A program made the translations under genes and the position numbers. A DNA stretch of 64,000 bases, from NCBI GenBank assembly GCA_049967475.1, contig JBMFSQ010000017.1:1-64000 (forward strand), in the 5' to 3' direction. This DNA comes from Chthonomonadales bacterium. GTDB lineage: Bacteria > Armatimonadota > Chthonomonadetes > Chthonomonadales > CAJBBX01. The notes below the pieces were generated by a model. It had not been told where the DNA came from, did not search any database, and saw only the letters and a program-made list of their open reading frames with translations. Shown here piece by piece: positions 7,032 to 17,327 of this stretch (positions are counted from its first letter, which is position 1; each line of letters starts with the position of its first letter).

Positions 7032-10000
7032 TTACCGCGCCAGGCGGAGCTTGATGGTAACAATCTCGAAGGGCTTGACCGCGAAGGACACCTGGCTCCC
7101 TGTGACGGGCAGGTCCTCTTGATCCCGCTCCAGCAGGTCGCACAGATGCGCCGAAGCCACGGGCAGCGAGGTCTTCAGGCATACGGAACCGCGCGTATTG
7201 AATGCCTCGTAGAGCCGCACCACAACAGCATCCTCTTCTTCTGCCTTCTTCACCGCCTCGATGAACACCCCCGGGCGATCTACGCTGAACCAGTTGTGCT
7301 GTGCGGGGAGACTGCCGGCTTGGTGAGGCGGCACCAGGAGCGCCCGAGAAGGGGCGTTGAGGCTGTACGCTTGGTGGGGTACGTTCCCTTGCCGAAAGTC
7401 GCCTGCGTGGGGCAGAAGGGCATAGGTGAACTGATGGAGGCCCATGTCTGCAGTGGGATCTGGGGCCTTGGGCGCCCGCAGAAGCGTGAGGCTGAGCGTG
7501 TTCCCCCATACATTGTGGCCGTATTTACAATCGTTGAGGAGTGCTGCGCCGTAGTCCCCTTCACTCAAGTCCACCCATTTTTGGGCGGCAACCTCAAAGC
7601 GGGCCAGATCCCAACTGGTGTTGGCATGGGTAGGCCGCTCGACGTGGCCGTATTGGATCTCGTAGGTTGCGCGCGTGCTGTTGACCGCCACGGGGAAGGC
7701 CACCCGCAACATCTTGTGGGCTTCGTGCCAATCCACTTCCGTTTGAAACTCGATACGCCGGCTGTGTCGGGCCAGCCGCACCGTCTGTACGATGCGCGAA
7801 TTCCCGAAGCGTCGGCTGATGCGGATGGCGCCCCGCACCGGACCCGCTTCCAATACCTCTACATGTTCCAGCTCTGTGATGGTGCGGCCCTTCTCACGGT
7901 AATAGATGTCTACATCCCAGGCGTCCCAGGAGAGAGGCTTATCCTCGTAGAGCTCCAATCGGTTCGCACGCGCTCCCGGTTCGATTACTTCGCGCCGGGC
8001 GGAATGATCCCAAATGCTGCGGATAAGGCCGTTTTCGTCCAACTCCACGCGGAGGACCCCGTTGTCCATCACGGTGTCCGTCACCACAAAGGGGTTGGTT
8101 GCGTCACAGGGGGCTTCGCTTAGATCATAGACGGAATAGCCGTATCCGCCCGCCGGTAGCGACGCCTGGAATAGAACCCAAGATGCGCCGTCTTCTTGGA
8201 TCCATTGCACCGGTCCCTGTACGTCGCCGCACCGGGCGGAGGCGATGCCCGCGCCTTGAGGAACCGGAACCTGCACCACCTCGGAGATACCCGCAGGCGA
8301 CGTATGCACCACAAGAACAGGGGTGTTCATCCCGCGGGTGTCCAACTCGGCTCGGATCCCTTCCAGGCATCTCCCAACGATGCTTTCGCCGATAGATGCG
8401 ATCTCTTGGTAATCCTTTGCCGAGTCTACGTAAACCTCCCGTACTGAGGAGCCCGGGATGATATCGTGAAATTGGTTGAGGAGAAGAAGCTTCCACGCCC
8501 GCTCCAGATCCGCAGAAGGATAGGCTTGTAGGCCCGCCGGGGATAGGCAAGCCAACATTTCGGCATCGCGCAGAAGGAACTCGCTCTTTCGATTGGCGCG
8601 TTTGTTGCGGGCTTGGGTGGTGTAGGTCCCGCGATGCAGCTCGAGGTAGAGCTCGCCCGCCCATACGGGCAGGTCGCGGGCTTCTGCTTCTGCTTTGCGG
8701 AAAAAGTCTCGGGCGAATTCCAACTCCACGCGAGGCATGCCTTCCACGTCGCGAAGGCGAAGGCCGTTCTCGATCATCTCCAGGGTGGGACCCCCGCCTC
8801 CGTCGCCGAAGCCGAACACGTAGAGGGAACGCGTTGCCCGGTCGTGATCTTTGAAGTTGCGCACGTTGTAGGCGAGCTCTCTGGGCGTCATCATCCCGTT
8901 GTAAGTGTCCGCAGGCGGAAAGTGTGTGAACACCTGTGTGCCGTCAATCCCCTGCCAAAGGAAGGTGTGGTGGGGGAAGCGGTTGATTTGGTTCCAACTG
9001 ATCTTCTGCGTGAGGAAGTAGCGCACTCCGGACTTCCGCAGGATCTGCGGGAGCGCGGCGGAATATCCGAAGACGTCTGGGAGCCAAAGATCCTCTGTCT
9101 CGATGCCGAACTCCGCCATCCAGAAGCGCTTCCCGTAAAGGATCTGCCGCACGAGCGCCTCGCCGCCGGAAATGTTGCAATCCGCCTCCACCCACATAGA
9201 TCCGGCGACTTCCCATTGACCCGCCTTCACTTTGCTGCGGATGCGCTCATAGAGCTTTGGCGCCAGTTCTTTGACCCACGCGTACTGCTGAGCCTGCGAG
9301 CAAAGGAACCGGTACTGCGGGTAAAGGTCCATGTATCGGGTCGCCGTGGCGAAGGTATGGATGCACTTTTGTTGCGTCCGCTCCAGCGGCCACAGCCAGG
9401 CGGTGTCTATATGAGCGTGGCCGATTGCACTCACCTGATGGGCGGTAGGGCATGCAGGGCGGTTCAAAGCCTTTCGGACAGTGACCCGGCAAGCGGCTAC
9501 GGAACCATTATCGCTTTCGTCGTAGAGATTGACGGCCTCGTTGAGAGCGGAAAGGAGCTGCCCATAGCGGGGGCTGTCGGCGGGCTGTTCCTTCAACACG
9601 CCTAACGCGACCTTCGCGTCGAGGTACAGCCCTACGAGCTCCCGGTTCAGTACCGCCAACACGGCTCCCCCGAAAGTAAAGGGGAGCGCAGGAGGCTCAG
9701 GAGGGTCGCGGTCGAACGTCACCGCAGGGTTCATGCCGTTTGCTCGTACATACAGTTCCACGTCGTCGCCGCCCGCAGCATTTTGGGTAACCAGGAACTC
9801 CCGGTGATTGGCGTCTATGCCTTGAAGCGGATCGTCGCCTTCCCAAACGATGCCCTCAGCTCCAACATCTATGAGTGCCACCACCTCCTGAGCCCGCCAG
9901 TCTTTGGGAACGCGCCCGCGGAAGCGGAACCACATATCGCTCCAGATGGGTCCCCATTGCCACCCCGGCGCTACATCCCGCCACGGGATCGTCCCGGCAT

Positions 10001-10196
10001 CAGCGGCTGTTCGAACCTGCCCCGGCGTCAGCGTCGAGACATCCGCGGTGCGGGGAGCAGGAACGTGGATATTGGGAAAAGGCGGCTGGAACGCTTGGGC
10101 CGCCATGGGAACCTGCCGCTCCCAGAGGCGCTGCGCCAGGTCTCGCTCCACCCAACGTTCGATGCGCGCCAGGGTGATTTGGGGATGCTTCAGCAT
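7032..10196 (-). CDS. Alpha-mannosidase, GH38
   Basis: GHAHIDTAWLWP, WLPDVFGYS, GDGGGGP, GELYLELHRGTYT and NQFHDIIPGS motifs. ATG at 10196 with AAGGAG upstream. Confidence 0.95.
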   Translation of the reverse strand: MLKHPQITLARIERWVERDLAQRLWERQVPMAAQAFQPPFPNIHVPAPRTADVSTLTPGQVRTAADAGTIPWRDVAPGWQWGPIWSDMWFRFRGRVPKDWRAQEVVALIDVGAEGIVWEGDDPLQGIDANHREFLVTQNAAGGDDVELYVRANGMNPAVTFDRDPPEPPALPFTFGGAVLAVLNRELVGLYLDAKVALGVLKEQPADSPRYGQLLSALNEAVNLYDESDNGSVAACRVTVRKALNRPACPTAHQVSAIGHAHIDTAWLWPLERTQQKCIHTFATATRYMDLYPQYRFLCSQAQQYAWVKELAPKLYERIRSKVKAGQWEVAGSMWVEADCNISGGEALVRQILYGKRFWMAEFGIETEDLWLPDVFGYSAALPQILRKSGVRYFLTQKISWNQINRFPHHTFLWQGIDGTQVFTHFPPADTYNGMMTPRELAYNVRNFKDHDRATRSLYVFGFGDGGGGPTLEMIENGLRLRDVEGMPRVELEFARDFFRKAEAEARDLPVWAGELYLELHRGTYTTQARNKRANRKSEFLLRDAEMLACLSPAGLQAYPSADLERAWKLLLLNQFHDIIPGSSVREVYVDSAKDYQEIASIGESIVGRCLEGIRAELDTRGMNTPVLVVHTSPAGISEVVQVPVPQGAGIASARCGDVQGPVQWIQEDGASWVLFQASLPAGGYGYSVYDLSEAPCDATNPFVVTDTVMDNGVLRVELDENGLIRSIWDHSARREVIEPGARANRLELYEDKPLSWDAWDVDIYYREKGRTITELEHVEVLEAGPVRGAIRISRRFGNSRIVQTVRLARHSRRIEFQTEVDWHEAHKMLRVAFPVAVNSTRATYEIQYGHVERPTHANTSWDLARFEVAAQKWVDLSEGDYGAALLNDCKYGHNVWGNTLSLTLLRAPKAPDPTADMGLHQFTYALLPHAGDFRQGNVPHQAYSLNAPSRALLVPPHQAGSLPAQHNWFSVDRPGVFIEAVKKAEEEDAVVVRLYEAFNTRGSVCLKTSLPVASAHLCDLLERDQEDLPVTGSQVSFAVKPFEIVTIKLRLAR

Positions 10197-10273
10197 GGTA
10201 CACTCCTTGCCAGGCGGGCTGGAACCGCCGCGCTTTCGCCGGATGGTTCCTCCAAGCCCGGCCCGGTTCCTGC

Positions 10274-12007
10274 ATGGAGGGGAGCGCAATGGCAAACGAT
10301 GGCCGGCGTGCAATCCGGCTCATTTGTAGTTGTTCGGGGAATGCCATGGGGAGCATCCTTGCTCTTGCGGCATGTTTTTCGGTCACGCCCATAAAGGCGT
10401 CTACACCGGCGCAAACCCAACATTTCCTCCGAAGCTTGCGCCACTCGTGGTGCCCTTACGCCCTGCCTGCGGAGACCTCGCTTGGCGAGATCCTCCAGGT
10501 GGCTCGCTTCGACTTCGACACGGTAGGCATCTCCTTCGTGGGGCCGTACAACGGCGGTCATATGGATTTCGCATCTTTGGATCAGGCGATTGATGCCGTG
10601 TCCAGGCGGGGCCAGCGGGTTGTGCTTCACCTTTCGCCGCGCTTTCTGGAGGATGAAGGAGTGTCCGATCGCCTCAGCGACGGAACAACGCTTCCCAATA
10701 TATGGAACCGGAACCCCAACTATGCCCTGGCGGATATCTTCGACCCAGGCCAGAGGCGCAAAATCTGCGACTGGTTCCGGTGTGTGGCACGCAGGTACGG
10801 AAAGGATCCCCGTGTGGCGGCTTTCGTGCTGGGTTGGGGGAACCTGGGCGAAACCGGCTTCTTCCACGGCGATTTCATCACCAACCCGGCGTCTCTGGGA
10901 AGCGTGTGCGCAGGCTATTCAACGTGGGCTCTGAAGGCGTTCAACTCCTGGCGGCGGAAGCATCATCTGGAACCGGTCACCCGCTTACCCCTCCCCTCTC
11001 CCATCCATCAGACGCAGGACTACATCCTCTTCCACCGCTTCCGCTCGGAGTTCATCCGCACTGTGTTCCACAAGGAGATCCTGCAAGCCGTCAAGGAGTT
11101 CACGAGCGATCCTGTGGGCATCTTTGCGTATCTTCCCGCCAGTCCCGACAGTTACGCCCGGGATTGGACCGACGCTCCCAATGCAGATTTCTACCGAACT
11201 GCGGGTGTAGCAGCGACCTATGATATGCACCGGACGCTCATCGACTCGGGCATAGGTTGGGAGGATGCGGGGCTGCACGACGGCACTTGGAACTTCACGG
11301 CGGCGTGCATGGAACGGGATGAGGCGCGGCAGATGGCTCGAGGCGGGGTGTACCACATGATGTGGGTGCGGGAATACCGTACCGATCCGCGGTGGGAAAA
11401 GAACATCCAGCAGAAGATTGCCCGCTTTCTCAAAACGCAGCGCATCTCTGAACGTGTCCGCGCCGAGAGGCCCGTGCTGGCCCTCTACCAGCCCACCTGG
11501 GGCGCTGCAGCAATCCCGGGCCGGAGCGCCCAGCAACCGTTCCTGCCAAAGGCCTCCGTTTCCACTTATGTAACCAAGATGGTTGGCCTCGTGGAGAGTT
11601 TCGGCATTCCCTATCAACTGGTTACGGAGCGGGACCTGGAGAACCCGGCAACCCTCAAGCCCTACCGGCTGGTGGTGGTACCCCTTTGGGACCTGCTGCC
11701 CCGCATCCTGGGGCAGGAAGGTGCAGCCAGGCTGGCGCGCGACCCCCGGGTCATCGGCATCCCAACCCAAGACCATCCTCTTACGCGATCGCAGATGCGG
11801 GCGCTTCTCCGCAACCGTGTACCCATTCGCCTGGACTTTGACGCTGAAAAGATCCTCGCCGGAAGGACCGGCAACCTGGTTTATAACTGGGATGATCATC
11901 CCATAGAGGTGCGGGTTCCTGAGGCGAGGGAGCCTTTGCAGTTGAGACCCTGCGAGTACCGCTTTATCGAGGCCGGGCCTTCTCTGTCCCCGGGGCGTGG
12001 AAGCTAG
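10274..12007 (+). CDS. Putative glycoside hydrolase (GH42-like TIM barrel plus trimerisation-like C-terminal domain)
   Basis: DFASLDQAID, RYGKDPRVAAF..GETG, DYILFHRFRSE, and C-terminal GIPYQLVTERDL..LKPYRLVVVP. Signal-like segment present; start uncertain. Confidence 0.6.
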   Translation: MEGSAMANDGRRAIRLICSCSGNAMGSILALAACFSVTPIKASTPAQTQHFLRSLRHSWCPYALPAETSLGEILQVARFDFDTVGISFVGPYNGGHMDFASLDQAIDAVSRRGQRVVLHLSPRFLEDEGVSDRLSDGTTLPNIWNRNPNYALADIFDPGQRRKICDWFRCVARRYGKDPRVAAFVLGWGNLGETGFFHGDFITNPASLGSVCAGYSTWALKAFNSWRRKHHLEPVTRLPLPSPIHQTQDYILFHRFRSEFIRTVFHKEILQAVKEFTSDPVGIFAYLPASPDSYARDWTDAPNADFYRTAGVAATYDMHRTLIDSGIGWEDAGLHDGTWNFTAACMERDEARQMARGGVYHMMWVREYRTDPRWEKNIQQKIARFLKTQRISERVRAERPVLALYQPTWGAAAIPGRSAQQPFLPKASVSTYVTKMVGLVESFGIPYQLVTERDLENPATLKPYRLVVVPLWDLLPRILGQEGAARLARDPRVIGIPTQDHPLTRSQMRALLRNRVPIRLDFDAEKILAGRTGNLVYNWDDHPIEVRVPEAREPLQLRPCEYRFIEAGPSLSPGRGS

Positions 12008-12069
12008 AGCGCGCGGTGTCGGGCGCCCCTATTCGGTTGTGGGACGGCTCGCTAGTTGCCTGAGGTCTT

Positions 12070-13992
12070 CTACCGATGGGGATAGGGCTGCTGCCTGGTG
12101 ATGCCGCGTCCCTCGGACACGTAGAGGATGCGCCCTGCGTCTACGGGTCCTAGATGCTGAACCGATCCAGACGGCCAATGAATGGTTACGTCGTCGGCAC
12201 GTGCGGCGTTGCCGAGGCCTATCGTTACGGGAAGTTCGCTCTGGGAGCAGTATGAAGACCCGCTCCGGACCGTGCGGCGGATTACTTCGGCACCTACCTT
12301 GGCTTCCACACCGGCTCCGATGGCGCTGCGGTTACTGGGATTTCCTTCCAGAACGAGGCGAATGGAGTGATTTCGGTTTCCTCCATCGTTGCGAAGAAGC
12401 CTCGCCGGCCCGCCGTTCGTCGTCATGAGCACGTCTAGGTCGCCATCCAGGTCATAGTCGGCGTATGCCAATCCTCGGGCCACAACGGGCTTGGCGAAAT
12501 CCGGGCCGCACTGGAGTCCCTCCTCGCGGAACCGCCCATTGCCTAGATTGCGGAAGAGCAAGGGGCGTTCTGCGTAGGTTACCTCTTGGTTGACGCGGTG
12601 GATGTCGTCATCCAGGTGCCCGTTCGCTGTGAGGATATCCAGCCAGCCGTCGTTATCCAGATCTGCAAAAACACATCCGAACGTAAGGTAGAGGAGGCTG
12701 GCTTGCCCCACCTCGGAGGAGGGCGCGATGTCTATGAACAATCCGCTGCCGCGGTTCTGGTAGAGACCCAGCATCTGATTGGTGAAGTTGCCGAACAGCA
12801 GTGCTTCCTTTCCGGAATGACCAATGTCCCCGGCATCCGTTCCCATGGCCGCCCGGGCTGTCCCTGCCTCGGAGAGGGCGATGCCGGCTTCTTTCCCGAT
12901 CTCGGTGAAGGTGCCGTTCCCGTTATTTTGGAAGAGGTAATTGGGTTCGGTGTCGTTGGCCACCACGATATCCGGCCAGCCGTCGTTGTTGAAGTCGCAG
13001 ATGGTTACGCCCAGGGATTTGCCCTGATATCGGCGGTACTGACCGCCTGGGGTGCGCCCACCCAGGATGCCGGCCTCGGCAGACACGTCCTTGAACCTTC
13101 CATTGCCTTCATTGTGATAAAGGCGGCTCACCTGGCCCACGTACGCTTCCGGCGTCGTGTAGGCTTTGTGTGCTCCGTCGAGGGAATTGAAGATATCGGT
13201 TGCCGGGGTCCAATCCACGTAATGGCATACGAACAAGTCCAGTTTGCCGTCTTTGTCATAATCCACCCACGCTGCACTGGTGGACCATCCGGAGCCGGCG
13301 AGCCCCGCCTCGCGCGCCACCTCCCGGAATTTACCCCGGCCTTCGTTATGGAACAGGTAGTTTCGGCCCACCGCGGTTATGAAGATATCGGGACGGCCGT
13401 CGTTGTCATAATCCCCGACGGCGACGCCCATTCCCTGCATCGGAATATCGAGGCCGGATCCCGCGGTTACATCGGTGAAGGTGCCGTTTCCATTGTTGTG
13501 GTAGAGGCGACAGGTGCCGCCTCTTTTGGGGGGATGGGCGGGGAGATCCGCTTTCATGGTTCTACCCGTCCCCTTCTCGAAGGCAGCGATCTCGGCATCG
13601 GTCCAGTCGCGGCCGTTTATCAGGACGATATCCTGGTATCCGTCGCCATCATAGTCAATGAAGGCGCATCCGCTGCCCATGGTTTCCGGCAGAAGCTTCG
13701 CCCCGAACGCCCCGTTGTTGTGGATGAAGTGAATGCCCGCCTGATCCGACACGTCCACAAACTGTATGGGCGCGGCAGGAAGGGCGCTGGCCTGCGGTTT
13801 CTGGGCGGGTGCCTCCGCCCGATGGCCGCATCCTGCCCCCAAGGCGCAAAGGAGGCCAAGAGCGGCTATGGCGAACGGCCGGCAGAGGACACGTCCACGG
13901 CACATCCGCAGGTGCGGCACGGTTGTATGGGCGGGTCGCTGCATCATTTGTGTGAGATCCCCTGCATTGGAGTATAGGATGCGGCTGAACAT
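12070..13992 (-). CDS. CRTAC1/ASPIC-UnbV family lipoprotein with FG-GAP/VCBS repeats
   Basis: Repeated DYDxDGxxD motifs, C-terminal SNRSAIGA..SGSSYCSQSELPVTIGLG, lipobox LGAGC. Its ATG overlaps the upstream TGA. Confidence 0.92.
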   Translation of the reverse strand: MFSRILYSNAGDLTQMMQRPAHTTVPHLRMCRGRVLCRPFAIAALGLLCALGAGCGHRAEAPAQKPQASALPAAPIQFVDVSDQAGIHFIHNNGAFGAKLLPETMGSGCAFIDYDGDGYQDIVLINGRDWTDAEIAAFEKGTGRTMKADLPAHPPKRGGTCRLYHNNGNGTFTDVTAGSGLDIPMQGMGVAVGDYDNDGRPDIFITAVGRNYLFHNEGRGKFREVAREAGLAGSGWSTSAAWVDYDKDGKLDLFVCHYVDWTPATDIFNSLDGAHKAYTTPEAYVGQVSRLYHNEGNGRFKDVSAEAGILGGRTPGGQYRRYQGKSLGVTICDFNNDGWPDIVVANDTEPNYLFQNNGNGTFTEIGKEAGIALSEAGTARAAMGTDAGDIGHSGKEALLFGNFTNQMLGLYQNRGSGLFIDIAPSSEVGQASLLYLTFGCVFADLDNDGWLDILTANGHLDDDIHRVNQEVTYAERPLLFRNLGNGRFREEGLQCGPDFAKPVVARGLAYADYDLDGDLDVLMTTNGGPARLLRNDGGNRNHSIRLVLEGNPSNRSAIGAGVEAKVGAEVIRRTVRSGSSYCSQSELPVTIGLGNAARADDVTIHWPSGSVQHLGPVDAGRILYVSEGRGITRQQPYPHR

Positions 13993-16900
13993 CAGGACGG
14001 CCTTCCGATGCCGCCTTGGCCGCGCTGCCGGGCGCCCACGTAGGGGCGCGCCGCTGCGGGTATCGGCCCGCTCGTGTGCTCGTGGACGGCGATGGCTTCA
14101 TTGTTGTCGTCCGGATGGCTGCGCCGGTAAGGGCCTTCGAGATAGGTGGTCGTCTCGTCGGCCTTAAAGCGGTAGTAAAGCGTCCGATATCTTTCGTAGA
14201 GGGCAGCGAAGGCGGGCCCCTTGCCACGGTAGCAGAGCATGAGGTTGTAGTTGGCCGTAAGATCCTCGGGGTCTATGGAGAGGACGTGGTTGAACTCTGC
14301 AATGGCTTCGTCGAAGCGGGCCTGCAGGAAGTAGACGCGGCCCATCTGGTTGCGCAATTCCCGGTCGTCCGGGAAGATGCGGCGCACCTGTTGCCACACC
14401 TGCAGCGCGCGGTCGTACTGCCCCAGCTCTTTGAGGGCCAATCCGTAGAAGAACTGGGTGCGCGCCTTCAGGTAGGGGGTCATGGGTGTGGGGTGCGCTT
14501 CGTACAGGGCCAGGGCGCGCTCCAATGCAGACACGGCCTCCGTGATGCTTCCTTCTTGAAGCCTGGCGCGGCCGAAGTTTACGTATCCTTCCGGCCAGTC
14601 GGGTGCGATGGCTTCTACTTTCTGAAAGGCGCGCGTTGCCCGGAAGAAGTCCCCTTGGAGCATCAACCCGATGCCGTAGTCGTTCCACCGCTCTCTGTCG
14701 CGCACCAAGTCCAGCTTTCTCGGAGCTGTGGCGCGGGCGGGGTCTTTATCCACCACGTTTAGGGTCACTTCATCCTGGGCGAGGACGGTTATGGGGAGGT
14801 CCGGTATCTTTTGGTCTTTGGCTGCGACTACGGCGAGGTCGCCGTCGAAGCGCATGGGCCGGTCATCCCAGGATGCCGTCACTGGACCCTTAGTGGCGTG
14901 GAGCCCCACGGCCACTCCCTCGATGAAGCCGTGCCGGCTGTAGCCGGGGTTGCCGGGCATCTGCGGCCGGCCGCCAAAGGCGAATTGGGTATTGTACCAG
15001 GAGAATTTACGGTAGTTCAGCTTTGCGGTAACGGTGATCCGGTTGCCGCAGTCCTTGGGGATGTGCAAGCGATAGTGCACCGTGTCGGCGGCGCCGGGTG
15101 GAATGGCGCGGGCGTAGATGCGGGCGCGGGCCTGCCACGCGTTGCGCTTGTTGATAGGGTTGCTGTGTCCATCCACCAAAAGGGCCTGGTACATGTGGGC
15201 TGACGGATCCACCGGACCGCCCTGACCCTGCAGCGCGCCGCTCCAGAAGAGGATCTTGCCGCGTTCATCCTTAGCTTGCAGCTCCACCCATACGTCGAAG
15301 GCGTCGAACGTGCCGCCGGGGAATGCGTGGCCCACCTTGCGGGTGCGCACCACCACGTCAAGAAGGACGTCCGTACCCCTCTGCACGGCAACCGGCCCCC
15401 GGTCAATGGGAGCGATGACCACCTCGGGCCCTACCTTGGTATGTGCGGCCATCAAGGGACCCGTGTCGCCCGTGGTAGCGGCTTCGCCAAATAGGCTCGC
15501 GCCTCGAGGAGCGTTATCGCTGATGAGCCGTCGCCCCGGGGCAGGCGTCGCCGCCCTCACGTTCGCGCCGCCGGGTTGACCCTCGCGCCGGAGGGCAAAG
15601 ATGTCTATGGAAAGGGCGCCGTTCCGCAGAAACTTCTGGGTGATTTCGAGCTGCTTCTGGTCGTGGTACACATAGGGCACCGCCGTGTTCGCGCCAGGGA
15701 AGCGGTGTGAATGGACAAAGCCTCCGATGTTTCCAGCATCGTTGGAGCGCACAAGCGGCATGTGGCAGTCGGCACACTTCTTGAAGTCGGGGCGGCCGTT
15801 GGTTTGCGGGTAGTAGAAGGAACGCGCTCCAAAACCCGACACGCCCGAGGCCTGCCACGCATCGTACTCGTCAAATCCGCGGAACCAACGGTAATGGTTT
15901 ACGGGCATGTCCAGATGGACCTTGTGGCAGGCCGAGCAGAACTTGGCCGTGTCCATGGTGTGGAAAGGCTTAAGGAAGGTCTTGCGGTGCGGATCCGGCG
16001 CGATGCGCGTCAAGAACTTGTAGGTCCATCGCAGCACGGGGTTGCGGGTGAGCACAAACTGGTGCATGGGCGGGTAATCGGCAACGTAGTCGTTGTTTCC
16101 CATAGTGCTCTTTACGTGAACCGTTGAATGGCAGGCGGCACATCCGATGCCGGCCCAGGCCTCGGGATGCTTCTCTCGCGGCCAGATTTGGTCCTTGATG
16201 GGAAAATCCATCCGGCTCTTGCCGGTGCCGGGCATCTCGGTAAGCAAGATGGCCATGTCGTGGCATCCCCCGCACCATTTGGAGGACTGGGGCCCCACCA
16301 CTTCCTGCATGTATTCGATGGCCTTGCGGTACCATTGGTTGTTGAAGGACCCGCGGTGGTGCACGGACGAGCGCCACTGTTCGTAAATGTCCGGATGGCA
16401 CCCCTTCTCTCCGCACGACTCGTTATCGGTGAAGTACTGGGGCGGGAAGAAGCGGTTGTCCACGGATTGCACCGAGGCAGGCCAGAACTTGCCCCTGGGG
16501 CCGTCTCCCTCTTGGTCCATGCTGGCCGGAGCGAAGGCCGGGTTGAGGATGCGCGCCTCTGCATCCACTTGTCGTGATGCCATCCACATGAGCCCGAAGG
16601 CCGGGAGCAGCACGGCCGCAACGATGACTGCGGCCTGTTTGTACGCGCGGGGTGTCTGCGCGGCGGATCCGCTTGGGACGCGCTGCGCCAGGAGCCACGA
16701 CACGCCGGTCAGGGCTGCCGCCAGGGCACCTACCGCATGGGCGGTGAGGACGGGCGCCATGGGGCGAAGGTTCCCCCAAATCACTAAGGCGGCGCCGGTG
16801 GCGAAACACACCGCAACAGACACCGCCGCCACCCTTCCCGCAATCTTCGCCGCGCCGGCGGAAGCCCGGATTGCCCGGAGCCACGCCAGCCCCCAACGCA

Positions 16901-17096
16901 GAGCGACCCCTAATGCGGCCAGCCCGAGTACAAGATGGAGCAGCACGTTTCCTTCATACGTGAATGCCGCGACGATGCTCCTGGGCGGGTTGGGCAGACG
17001 GTCCGAAACGGCGAGGTAGGCGCTGTTGACCAGAAGCAGCGCAAGGAGAATGAGGAGGAGCATGGGTGCTCGCTTGGCTAGAATTGATCGAAGCAT
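13992..17096 (-). CDS. Membrane-anchored multiheme cytochrome c with C-terminal TPR repeats
   Basis: About 5 N-terminal TM helices; CGGCH, CAACH, CSACH, CADCH plus CGEKGCH; C-terminal TPR helices (WNDYGIGL, YVNFGRA, NQMGRVY, ANYNL). Confidence 0.88.
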   Translation of the reverse strand: MLRSILAKRAPMLLLILLALLLVNSAYLAVSDRLPNPPRSIVAAFTYEGNVLLHLVLGLAALGVALRWGLAWLRAIRASAGAAKIAGRVAAVSVAVCFATGAALVIWGNLRPMAPVLTAHAVGALAAALTGVSWLLAQRVPSGSAAQTPRAYKQAAVIVAAVLLPAFGLMWMASRQVDAEARILNPAFAPASMDQEGDGPRGKFWPASVQSVDNRFFPPQYFTDNESCGEKGCHPDIYEQWRSSVHHRGSFNNQWYRKAIEYMQEVVGPQSSKWCGGCHDMAILLTEMPGTGKSRMDFPIKDQIWPREKHPEAWAGIGCAACHSTVHVKSTMGNNDYVADYPPMHQFVLTRNPVLRWTYKFLTRIAPDPHRKTFLKPFHTMDTAKFCSACHKVHLDMPVNHYRWFRGFDEYDAWQASGVSGFGARSFYYPQTNGRPDFKKCADCHMPLVRSNDAGNIGGFVHSHRFPGANTAVPYVYHDQKQLEITQKFLRNGALSIDIFALRREGQPGGANVRAATPAPGRRLISDNAPRGASLFGEAATTGDTGPLMAAHTKVGPEVVIAPIDRGPVAVQRGTDVLLDVVVRTRKVGHAFPGGTFDAFDVWVELQAKDERGKILFWSGALQGQGGPVDPSAHMYQALLVDGHSNPINKRNAWQARARIYARAIPPGAADTVHYRLHIPKDCGNRITVTAKLNYRKFSWYNTQFAFGGRPQMPGNPGYSRHGFIEGVAVGLHATKGPVTASWDDRPMRFDGDLAVVAAKDQKIPDLPITVLAQDEVTLNVVDKDPARATAPRKLDLVRDRERWNDYGIGLMLQGDFFRATRAFQKVEAIAPDWPEGYVNFGRARLQEGSITEAVSALERALALYEAHPTPMTPYLKARTQFFYGLALKELGQYDRALQVWQQVRRIFPDDRELRNQMGRVYFLQARFDEAIAEFNHVLSIDPEDLTANYNLMLCYRGKGPAFAALYERYRTLYYRFKADETTTYLEGPYRRSHPDDNNEAIAVHEHTSGPIPAAARPYVGARQRGQGGIGRPS

Positions 17097-17176
17097 TGCG
17101 ATCCCTTCCCTGATCTGAAAGAAGACACGGCAACAACTGATAAAACATCTCAAGGGTACAGGATAGCATAGCCAGC

Positions 17177-17212
17177 TTAAACCGTTCTTAAATTACCATT
17201 AGAACATTTTAA
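17177..17212. promoter_or_regulatory. AT-rich inverted repeat, putative operator
   Basis: TTAAACCGTTCT-N12-AGAACATTTTAA (10/12 complementary), about 80 bp upstream of the cytochrome-TPR gene. Confidence 0.45.
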
Positions 17213-17327
17213 CCATGTCTTCATCGTCCTCCGGAAACAGGATCCGCCGGGGATAGGCCAATCCGCGAAACCGGACCTTTGGGCTGTGGATCTGCGCGGT
17301 ATGGCTGAGGATCCGCCCGCCGGAACG

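Noticed and set aside
12586..13977. 463-aa plus-strand ORF antisense to the ASPIC/UnbV gene
   Set aside because: Shadow ORF from codon bias; no motifs; fully overlaps a well-supported gene.
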